A program made the position numbers and the translations under genes. DNA of 64,000 bases from Haloarcula sp. (GTDB lineage: Archaea; Halobacteriota; Halobacteria; Halobacteriales; Haloarculaceae), in assembly GCA_042219425.1 (NCBI GenBank), contig JBDGPY010000066.1, positions 16,629-80,628 on the forward strand, read 5' to 3'. The first letter of the stretch is position 1, and every line of letters starts with the position of its first letter. Positions 28,591 to 37,254 of this stretch are shown here, one piece after another. The notes below the pieces were generated by a model. That model saw only the letters and a program-made list of their open reading frames with translations. It ran no database searches and was not told the DNA's origin.

Positions 28591-29373
28591 ATGGTGGAGC
28601 TCTCAATAATTGTCCCGACGCTGGATGCCGGCGTGGCGTTCGGCTGGGAGGACCGACTCCGGAGGTCCCCAGTTGATGCCGAACTCATCGTCGAAGACGA
28701 CGGCAGTGCCTCCGAAGCGAGAAACGCTGGCATTCGGGCAGCAGAGGCCGATAAGCTCGTTTTCCTCGACGACGACTCTGTCCCGCTGGAAGGGTACTTC
28801 GAACGGGTCGCTACACTCCTCGATACCTATCCGGCGGTCACGGGACGCATTCACGATACGGGAGCATCGTACCTACGGAACCTCTCGACCCAGTACGATC
28901 AAGGCCCGGAGGGACACTTCACCGACACGGTGGTCGGGTGTAACATGGCCGTTCGGCGGGAGGTCATCGAGGACATCGGGTACTTCGACGAACGGCTCCC
29001 GTACGGCCACGAGGAGACGGAGCTCATCGACCGATTGTGTGACGCCTACGATGTCTGGTACTGCCCGGACCTAGAGGTCGAACACCCGTTCGCAGCATCG
29101 TTCGGTGAATACCTCGAAAAGCAGTACAGACACGGGCGCGAAGCAGTTCCCTACTACGCTATCCGCGGCGAAAACGTTCCCCGGAACATTGTCCGGATCG
29201 CGTTCGTTCCGAGTCACTACACAACTCCAACACTGACCGGAACGGCACTCAAAACTGTCGGACAGGTCGTCACCCTCATAGGATTACTTCAGGGCTACGT
29301 GGCTTTCCTGATAGCAAACGACGACTACGGAGAGCACTCCCGCCAGACAGAGGGATACGACCAAAACACCTGA
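28591..29373 (+). CDS. GT2 glycosyltransferase
   Basis: SIIVPTL, ASEARNAG, FLDDD, GCNMAVRR, FDE, GHEETE. Confidence 0.9.
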   Translation: MVELSIIVPTLDAGVAFGWEDRLRRSPVDAELIVEDDGSASEARNAGIRAAEADKLVFLDDDSVPLEGYFERVATLLDTYPAVTGRIHDTGASYLRNLSTQYDQGPEGHFTDTVVGCNMAVRREVIEDIGYFDERLPYGHEETELIDRLCDAYDVWYCPDLEVEHPFAASFGEYLEKQYRHGREAVPYYAIRGENVPRNIVRIAFVPSHYTTPTLTGTALKTVGQVVTLIGLLQGYVAFLIANDDYGEHSRQTEGYDQNT

Positions 29374-29410
29374 CCGGGGGTGCTTTTTGCAATCCGTTCT
29401 TTCGACCTGC

Positions 29411-30733
29411 TCATTTGTGATAGACTGCCAGTGAGTGGAGGATGATGGCAGTAAATGACGTGAAGAGACCCAGAATCGACGCCATCGAGGCGATGATCGT
29501 CGGCCCGATCGGCAATGCTCCCGACTGGAGATACGCATAGAACACCCAGTACCCGATCGTGAGTCCACCAAGCATGCACACGAGGCCTGGTATGCCGAGG
29601 ATCGTTATCGGTCGCTCGCGCTCGACAGTCCGGAGGATGTTCATGACCAGAACGACACCGTGCTGTATCGGTCCGTGATTACTGCAGTTCTCGACTTCGT
29701 AGTCAATGGTCGTGGGTACCTCTTCGACATCGAACCCGTTGGCGTAGGCATGATACAGGATGTCGGTACTTGCACTCATGTGGTCGCCGATGTCGCCGCC
29801 TTCAGCCAGCGATTGTATCGCGCGACGATCGTACACCCTGAACCCACTTTGGGTATCGCGCAGTTGCGAGCCGGACTGGGCGACCCGCAGGCTGAGGTTG
29901 GTGAGAAAGTTGACGACCGCGAGCCCGACACGGCGGTACAGCGGCATGTCGGTGTCCGTTTCATCACCGAAGCGACAGCCGACGATGATCTCTGCCTCGG
30001 TCTCCTGCTGGGCCTCGACGAGGCTGGGGATGTCGTTCGTATCGTGCTGTCCATCGGCGTCCAGCACGACCAAGTGATCGGTGTGGCACACGTTAGCTTG
30101 CTCGAACAGCGTCTTGAGTGCCCCACCGTACCCTTTGTTCGTCTCGTGCTCGATGACGCTCGCACCGGCGGTCCGTGCCAGCTCGGCTGTCCCATCGGTA
30201 CTCCCGTCGTCTACGACCAGAACGTCATCGGCGTGGTCCAGAGCTGCCTCGACAACCGGGACAATGGTCTCGGCTTCGTTGTACGCCGGAATTCCGACAA
30301 GGACCGTGGCGTCGGCTTCAACCGGCGGCTCGATGCGGGCGTCGATGGAGTACTTTCCCGACTCAGTGAGCGCCGCACAACTGGCCCCGTAGTCGACACG
30401 AAGTGCGGGTTCATCGTGGTAGAGGAGACCCGGGAACCCTTCGTTGCGTGCGGCCGTGGTTAATCGTTCTACCGGATCGGTCGTGTCCGCATAGTCCGCA
30501 GCCGGGTCCACGACGGTTGCACCGAGTGCACGGGCGAACTCCAGTGCTTCACAATCTCTGCGCTCGGCTGTGATGACCACCTTGTGGCCGTGCTGTCGCG
30601 CTCTGAGAATTTCTCTGACGACGTGGTCAGTGTCGCCCTCTGTAGCAACAAGTCCCAGGGAAGGTTTGACAGACACCTGAGCGTTGACGATCGCAGATCT
30701 ATCGTGCGACGTGCTGTCGTGCATTTCACTCAT
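29411..30733 (-). CDS. GT2 polyprenol-phosphate glycosyltransferase (DPM-synthase-like) with N-terminal extension and 2 C-terminal TMs
   Basis: IPAYNE, VVDDGSTDGT, NKGYG, DADGQH, DTQSGFR. Confidence 0.9.
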   Translation of the reverse strand: MSEMHDSTSHDRSAIVNAQVSVKPSLGLVATEGDTDHVVREILRARQHGHKVVITAERRDCEALEFARALGATVVDPAADYADTTDPVERLTTAARNEGFPGLLYHDEPALRVDYGASCAALTESGKYSIDARIEPPVEADATVLVGIPAYNEAETIVPVVEAALDHADDVLVVDDGSTDGTAELARTAGASVIEHETNKGYGGALKTLFEQANVCHTDHLVVLDADGQHDTNDIPSLVEAQQETEAEIIVGCRFGDETDTDMPLYRRVGLAVVNFLTNLSLRVAQSGSQLRDTQSGFRVYDRRAIQSLAEGGDIGDHMSASTDILYHAYANGFDVEEVPTTIDYEVENCSNHGPIQHGVVLVMNILRTVERERPITILGIPGLVCMLGGLTIGYWVFYAYLQSGALPIGPTIIASMASILGLFTSFTAIILHSLAVYHK

Positions 30734-30881
30734 TGTTGCTGGCTTCGTCGACACAGTGATCAGCGGGGGACGCTACCTCAACCGGCGTGACAGCGGTTTC
30801 AAGGAGTAGCCTTTCGCCCTGTCCACACGTCGATTCGTCGTCCCCAAAAGACCAGAGCGATCTCGTTTTGGTACCAGTCAT
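30726..30881 (-). CDS. Putative leader micro-ORF, 51 aa, acidic (MTGTKTRSLWSFGDDE...NNE)
   Basis: Hand-translated; 10 D/E versus 3 K/R; stop overlaps the GT2 start as ATGAGTGA; TATAACAA at 30948-30955. Confidence 0.45.
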   Translation of the reverse strand: MTGTKTRSLWSFGDDESTCGQGERLLLETAVTPVEVASPADHCVDEASNNE

Positions 30882-31479
30882 GTCTGAGTTCAGGTCGTGG
30901 CATCGGTGCCAGTCCTGAGGTGTGAAGTATTAACACATGTTTAGGTATTGTTATATCCGCCTTTCATCCCTTAGAGAACCAGTTCGCACCCGGGGAGACG
31001 ATTCTCCTCCCGAAGTGACAGACGTACCCTGCCGAGCAAAGTATTCGTACGCAGTCGGCTCTCTCAAGCCATAATCTTACTTATCAGCATACCCACATTT
31101 ATCCAGACAGATCGGTAACCGTCTCCTACTAACTACCCGCTCACCAGTGGTGACTTGCGGAGTCCGACACGTTCGACGTGGGGGTCACTTTACCTATTCC
31201 CACCGTGCCAACGCGGTGGGCATCCCACGCAGTATGCCGGGAGGCAGACGCCGCCCGACTACACTACCGACGCCGTAATAATGATGCCCCGTAAGCCATT
31301 TTCAATTGTCGGGACGAAGCGTCCATCCATCCGGGGTAGTACAGCCAGTCGACTCCGGGCTGTGGTGCGCCCGGGAGTGGCACAACTAAGGGGAACGGAA
31401 GTCCGTGTCAGGTGGCTCCCCACCATCCGTGGCGTAGGCACCAAATAATTTCTTCCCGAACCGTCGTGTCTAATCCAAC

Positions 31480-32406
31480 GTGGCAAAAACGACTCTCAGC
31501 GGCCGACAGGTGTTGGTAACCGGCGGGGCCGGATTCGTCGGCAGCCATATCGCGGCAACGCTGGCACCGGACAACGACGTGTGGGTCCTCGATAACTTCT
31601 CGACGGGCAAGCGAAGTAACGTCCCTGCAGGCGTGAAGGTCATCGAAGGCGACGTGCGTGACGAGACAACTATCGACGCCGCACTGTCGAGTGTGGATGT
31701 GGTCTACCATGAGGCAGCGATGGTCAGTGTTCCTGAATCCGTCGAGCATCCAGTGAACTGTCACGAGTTAAATGGGTCAGCCACCGTTCAGCTTCTGGAC
31801 TGTGCGCGGCGACACGACGTTCGCGTGATATTGGCATCCAGTGCCGCGGTGTATGGCAACCCCGAATCCGTCCCTATCACGGAAGCCGCCACGACTGACC
31901 CGACATCACCCTACGGGTTCGAGAAACGGCTCAACGAGCAGTATGCGCAGTTCTACACGGAGACGTACGGGCTCCCGACGGTTCCGCTCCGTTATTTCAA
32001 TGTATACGGGCCGCGCGGTCTCGACGGGGAGTACGCTGGCGTCATCGGGACCTTCGTTCGGCAGGCGCAGTCGGGAAATCCGCTCACGGTCGAAGGCGAC
32101 GGCGAGCAGACACGGGACTTCGTCTATGTTGACGACGTGGTGCGAGCCAACCTACTGGCGACCACCACCGACGCCGTCGGGCAGCCGTTCAACGTGGGAA
32201 CCGGGCACAGCGTCACAATCAACCACCTCGCTGAGACTGTTCGAGACGTAGTCGGGGAAGAGATTCCAATCGAACACGTCCCGCCGCGTGCGGACGACAT
32301 CGAACGGAGTGAGGCGGATCTGCAGAACAGCCGCAGCCTGCTCGGGTTCGACCCGACAGTATCGCTCCGCGACGGACTGGAACGAACACTCAGAGCAGAG
32401 CCGTGA
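31480..32406 (+). CDS. NAD-dependent nucleotide-sugar epimerase (GalE/WbpP-like)
   Basis: TGGAGFVGSH, ASSAAVYG, YGFEK (YxxxK), RYFNVYGPR, QTRDFVYV. Confidence 0.93.
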   Translation: MAKTTLSGRQVLVTGGAGFVGSHIAATLAPDNDVWVLDNFSTGKRSNVPAGVKVIEGDVRDETTIDAALSSVDVVYHEAAMVSVPESVEHPVNCHELNGSATVQLLDCARRHDVRVILASSAAVYGNPESVPITEAATTDPTSPYGFEKRLNEQYAQFYTETYGLPTVPLRYFNVYGPRGLDGEYAGVIGTFVRQAQSGNPLTVEGDGEQTRDFVYVDDVVRANLLATTTDAVGQPFNVGTGHSVTINHLAETVRDVVGEEIPIEHVPPRADDIERSEADLQNSRSLLGFDPTVSLRDGLERTLRAEP

Positions 32407-32537
32407 TACGGATGTCACCGCGGAGTGCACAAACTCGGGTATCCCACCTCGTGTGTGGTCGAGACGTTTCCGACGGTTTCAACAGGCCTTTCCACCCCGG
32501 AGGTGCCAGGGGGTGTCGTAGTTGGTCCGTCCGGTAG

Positions 32538-33674
32538 TCACTGCCGATACCAGATGTCGACATGATGGGCTGGGCCGTATGACTTCCCGACGATATCCAG
32601 TTTCCCGTCTCCGTTCATATCGACCAACTCTGCTTCGTGCGTTGGAATACCGGATACGACAGTCTGTTCATGGAACTCACCATCCCCGGGATTCTCGAAG
32701 ACCAACTGCTTGGGATTGTTGTTTTCGCCGAGCGACATCTCGCCGACGTAGATATCAGGATAGCCGTTGCCGGTCAGATCTGCTGTTTGAAGACTATGTG
32801 GACAGAAGAGATCGTCCTTGAGAACAGTTGTGGGTCCACCAGGATATTCGACCACAGCGAGGCGTCCCGGGTGGGTACCGTGTGTGGGTGAGTCCCCCTC
32901 AGAGAGAACAATTTCCGGTGTCCCATCTCGGTCGAGATCAGCGACGGTGACCCGGGTGTCGTCCCAGCCCGTACAGATGTCTTTGCGGGTCCAGTCGCCG
33001 TTATCGTGGTGATACACATTCGTCCCGGCGACCAACTCATTCGTTCCATCGCCATCGAAGTCGGCGACAGCGAGCCCTTCGATACGAATATCCTCGTCGA
33101 TGATATGAACGTTCGAATCGGGCCAGGGTTCCTGTGACAGATCAGCTGGAATATCGTAGTAAAATACGGTTTCGCTGTCCTGAGAGAGTCCGACCAGTTC
33201 GTCGTCCCCGTCGTTGTCGATATCGGCGACAAGCAGGTCGTGGTACTTCTCAAACCGGTTCGAGATCAAATGTTGCTGCCAGGGGTGTGTCGGCGGTTCC
33301 GGTTGTTCGTACCAGTACACGTCCGACCGTCCAAACCCCTGCCCAACGACGAGATCGATATCGCCGTCGCCGTCAATATCAGCGAGATCGGTTCCGACGC
33401 CCAGGTGGAGGTCGCTCTCCGGTGCAAGCGTGTGTCGTTCCCAGCCTGGATTCTCGTACCAGAAGACGTTCGTCTCAAGACGAGGCGTGACTCGACTGAG
33501 CGGTCCGTGTGTCGGAACCGGAATCTGGTTGCCTGCGACTGAAACTGTTGGACTTCCACCCATGCCCGCAACAATGATATCTGGCTGACCATTGCCAGTC
33601 AGATCCGTCGTTTCAACGTTGGTCAGTTTACTACATGGTGGGTCGTCGTCGATACGTTCGTGAAAGAACTCCAT
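32538..33674 (-). CDS. FG-GAP/VCBS repeat beta-propeller protein
   Basis: About 7 DxDGDGxxD/DLTGNGxPD repeats alternating with WYE(N/Q)P; AATAACAA 27 nt upstream. Confidence 0.85.
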   Translation of the reverse strand: MEFFHERIDDDPPCSKLTNVETTDLTGNGQPDIIVAGMGGSPTVSVAGNQIPVPTHGPLSRVTPRLETNVFWYENPGWERHTLAPESDLHLGVGTDLADIDGDGDIDLVVGQGFGRSDVYWYEQPEPPTHPWQQHLISNRFEKYHDLLVADIDNDGDDELVGLSQDSETVFYYDIPADLSQEPWPDSNVHIIDEDIRIEGLAVADFDGDGTNELVAGTNVYHHDNGDWTRKDICTGWDDTRVTVADLDRDGTPEIVLSEGDSPTHGTHPGRLAVVEYPGGPTTVLKDDLFCPHSLQTADLTGNGYPDIYVGEMSLGENNNPKQLVFENPGDGEFHEQTVVSGIPTHEAELVDMNGDGKLDIVGKSYGPAHHVDIWYRQ

Positions 33675-34137
33675 ATCTGGGCGTTTGGTTGATCCCGGTA
33701 TTGTTATTCTAACCCTATCAGGATGGTTTGAACTGGTTAGCTACCAGAATAGCCATAGCGTGGATCTGTACAAGCTACGCCATCCTCATCTAGAAAATTC
33801 GAATGTGGCTACAAATAGTTCGTTTATAGATGTGCTACGAGTAAGATGAGAACCATAATCGGGTGCTACTAACCTAGATAGTTCGTGCTGGATACGAGAT
33901 GTCGTAAACAATGTCTTAGTTTAGCTATGTAAACCTTCACAGCGATATTGCGAGTCTAAGACCGCTCGATCTCGATGAGAAGTCGTGAATCAACGGCCTT
34001 CTTGCCGAGAGGAGCGATCAATCCGTCGAGACAGCGACAGCCTATGGGCAGGGCTGGTATCTGATGGCGGCAGCCAGCGTTCGCTACCCCTTGCTACTGA
34101 GGCAGATTTTTTTACCGGTCCGGATGGAAGCAGTCGT

Positions 34138-35469
34138 ATGATTCATAACCGGGCCGCACTGGCTGCCAGCGCTACACACGAAGTGGCACTCGATTGTATC
34201 GAGGCCGCCGTGACCGCGGCCGCGCCAGAAGTCGCAACCAGATCGGCCGTCAGCCGCGATGGCGAGACGCTGACGGTCGGCGAGACAACGTACCACCTTG
34301 ACAACTACACCGATATCGTCATCGTCGGCGGTGGGAAAGCCGCGGGCGGTGTAACACGGGCGCTCGAATCTATTCTCGGTGACGCCCTCAGCGGCGGCCA
34401 CGTCGTCGTCACGCAGACTATCGACACCGAAACTGTCCGGAGTTCCGTCGGAGACCACCCGTTACCGTCGAACCGGAACGTTGCGGCGACCTCCGATATT
34501 CTCGAAACCGTTGACGAGGCCGATTCGGAGACGCTCGTCCTGTTCGTCCTGACAGGCGGGGCCAGTGCGCTTCTGTCAGCCCCGGCCGGAGACCTAACAC
34601 TGGACGACCTCCAGATGACGACCGACAGGCTCCTCAGCGGCGGCGTCCCGATTGCGGAAATCAATGCGGTCCGGAAGCACCTCTCAGAGTTGAAAGGTGG
34701 GCAGATAGCACGGCGTGCGGCTCCCGCCACTGTCGCCGGGGTCCTGATCAGCGACGTTGTCGGAAACGACCGCTCGACCATCGGTAGCGGTCCCTCAGTT
34801 CCGGACGAAACCACGTACGAGGACGCCCGAGACGTGTTCGAACGATACGACCTCACGCCACCGCCGACCGTTCGTAATTATCTTGAAGCCGGGCGAGACG
34901 GTCGAGTGTCGGAGACGCCGTTTCCCAACGATGCAGTCTTTGACCAGGTTACAAACCATCTCATCGGGGACAACGCAACCGCACTTGACGCCGCCGCTGC
35001 TGTCGCACAGGAAGCCGGGTACGAACCACTCGTGGTCACGTCCCGTCTGCGCGGCGAAGCCCGCGAAGTGGCGAAACCGCTCGTCGCTATCGCCGAAGAG
35101 GCAACAGCGGCGGGAACACCGGTCGAACCACCGGCCGTTCTCCTTGCCGGTGGCGAGACGACCGTCACCGTAACCGGGGACGGACAGGGCGGCCCCAATC
35201 AGGAGTTCGTCCTCTCCGGCGCACTGGCCAACGACGGCGACGTGGTCATCGCAGCCGTCGACACTGACGGCGAAGACGGAAGCTCCGATGTGGCCGGTGC
35301 AATCGCCGATGGGGCCGCCATCGACGACCACGAACGGGCTCGCGACGCGCTGCTCGCAAACGATGCTGGCTCGTACCTCTCGGAGATTGAGGCGACAGTC
35401 GAAACCGGACCGACCGGGACGAACGTCAACGACGTGGCCATGCTTGTTGTCCCAGACCCGAGCGAGTAG
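34138..35469 (+). CDS. Glycerate 2-kinase (MOFRL/DUF4147 class)
   Basis: GGGKAA, DHPLP, TGGASAL, INAVRKHLS..KGG, ISDVVG, GGETTV, GGPNQE, TGTNVND. Confidence 0.93.
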   Translation: MIHNRAALAASATHEVALDCIEAAVTAAAPEVATRSAVSRDGETLTVGETTYHLDNYTDIVIVGGGKAAGGVTRALESILGDALSGGHVVVTQTIDTETVRSSVGDHPLPSNRNVAATSDILETVDEADSETLVLFVLTGGASALLSAPAGDLTLDDLQMTTDRLLSGGVPIAEINAVRKHLSELKGGQIARRAAPATVAGVLISDVVGNDRSTIGSGPSVPDETTYEDARDVFERYDLTPPPTVRNYLEAGRDGRVSETPFPNDAVFDQVTNHLIGDNATALDAAAAVAQEAGYEPLVVTSRLRGEAREVAKPLVAIAEEATAAGTPVEPPAVLLAGGETTVTVTGDGQGGPNQEFVLSGALANDGDVVIAAVDTDGEDGSSDVAGAIADGAAIDDHERARDALLANDAGSYLSEIEATVETGPTGTNVNDVAMLVVPDPSE

Positions 35470-35680
35470 TGGCAACCCTCATTTACCGTGGCTATAGTAA
35501 CAACTGAAACGCTTTACACACCGACCGAACTGCCGTCGTGCGATCGGATGTGCATTGATCGTCAATGGCTACTGTATTTCGAGTGGAACGACCGAACTGC
35601 TGAGCTACAATGGAGGTGATGGCCACAGTTCGGACGATCCGTGGATCACGTTTATAAACAGACGGGCTGATATGCCGCGT

Positions 35681-37030
35681 ATGAACGCATCAGATCAAGA
35701 GGGCGCGGCGGACGCACTCTCGGTCCCAGAAGAGACAATTATCAACGCCTGTGGTGACCCGCCGCTCCCTGAATTCGGTGTCATCGAACAGAACTGGGAG
35801 ACGGACCCGATAGCGGCGGACGACGTCGCAACACATGCGGCCCGGGCAGTCGAATCCCTGTCCTTTGCCGACGTACCTGATGGCGGCGAAGTCGCGCTGG
35901 GTGTCGGCAGCCGTGGTATCGCGAACCTTCCCACTATTGTCGCCGGTGTCGTCGACGCAGTTTCCGACGCCGGCTATGAGCCGTTCGTCTTCCCGGCCAT
36001 GGGGAGCCACGGTGGCGCGACCGGCGAGGGACAGCGAACAATGCTGAACGAACTGGGGGTGACCGAGTCGGCCATCGGCTGTGAAATCCGGTCGACTATG
36101 GACGTGGTTGAGGTCGGACGAACACCGGACCGGGACGTGCCTGTCGTCGCCGACGACAACGCTGTGGCGGCTGATGCAATCATCCCCATCAACCGAGTCA
36201 AACCACACACGGACTTCGGGGGGGCAGTCGAGAGCGGGCTTTCGAAGATGCTCGTCATCGGTATGGGCAAGCAACGCGGCGCGCAGATCGCACACAAGTG
36301 GGCTGTCGACTGGTCGTTTCGCCGGATGATTCCCGAAATTACTGGCCAGTTGCTCGAAGAGCTACCCATCGTCGGCGGTGTCGCAATCATCGAGGACCAA
36401 CACGACGACACGACCCTGATAGAGGGTGTGCCGCCGAGTGGCTTCCTCGACCGCGAGGAGGAACTGTTAGAGACCGCCTACGAACTGATGCCGAAGCTCC
36501 CGTTCGAGGAACTCGACCTCGTCGTGTTCGACCGACAGGGCAAGGAGATCAGCGGTCAGGGGCTCGATACCAATGTCATCGGCCGCCGACCGTTCTCGAT
36601 AAACGAGCCGGCGCCAGAGACGCCGGACATCAAACGCATCTATACACGTGGGCTGACGAAGAAGACCCACGGGAACGCGATGGGCGTCGGATCGGCGGAC
36701 GTCATCCACGAGGACATCGTCGCGGAACTCGACGCGCAGACGTCGCTGATCAACGCGCTCACTGCGAGTACGATTCGCGGGGTGAAATTACCGCCGGTGG
36801 TCGAGACCGACCGCGCCGGCCTCGTCGCCGCGCTGTCGACGATTGGGGTTGTTGACACCGACACCGTTCGAGTACTCCGTGCAGCCGACACGATGCATCT
36901 CCACCAGCTCTACGCGTCGCCAGCGCTGGTCGAGGCCGCACGCGACCGTGACGACCTCCGTGTCATCGAAGAGCCGTCGCCGATTGAGTTTGATAACGGA
37001 CAGCTCGTCGCGCCGTCGCTCCGCGAGTAG
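35681..37030 (+). CDS. LarA-like (lactate racemase N-domain/DUF2088-DUF362) protein
   Basis: GSRGIAN, PAMGSHGGATGEGQ, NRVKPHTDF, ESGLSKM, GKEISGQGLDTNVIGR; TTTATAAA ~27 nt upstream. Confidence 0.75.
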   Translation: MNASDQEGAADALSVPEETIINACGDPPLPEFGVIEQNWETDPIAADDVATHAARAVESLSFADVPDGGEVALGVGSRGIANLPTIVAGVVDAVSDAGYEPFVFPAMGSHGGATGEGQRTMLNELGVTESAIGCEIRSTMDVVEVGRTPDRDVPVVADDNAVAADAIIPINRVKPHTDFGGAVESGLSKMLVIGMGKQRGAQIAHKWAVDWSFRRMIPEITGQLLEELPIVGGVAIIEDQHDDTTLIEGVPPSGFLDREEELLETAYELMPKLPFEELDLVVFDRQGKEISGQGLDTNVIGRRPFSINEPAPETPDIKRIYTRGLTKKTHGNAMGVGSADVIHEDIVAELDAQTSLINALTASTIRGVKLPPVVETDRAGLVAALSTIGVVDTDTVRVLRAADTMHLHQLYASPALVEAARDRDDLRVIEEPSPIEFDNGQLVAPSLRE

Positions 37031-37254
37031 CTTTCGGTAACGAATCCAGACACTCACACTGCTGACCGCGGACAGGACAGGCTACGATGTCTAAAGACCG
37101 TCGCAGCACACACGCGACCTCTTAGATTCCGGATCCCGATGCGACGTGCGCCCCCGACACACGGGCAATTATAAGCGTGGTATAAATAACGAACGTACAC
37201 GCGTTAGGTATGATATTGCCCGTGCGCACGAAAATCGCAAGCCGAAACGGTCGT

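Noticed and set aside
33720-33980. AT-rich cluster boundary with two TAGTTCGT copies
   Set aside because: Too short and irregular for CRISPR, iteron or att site.
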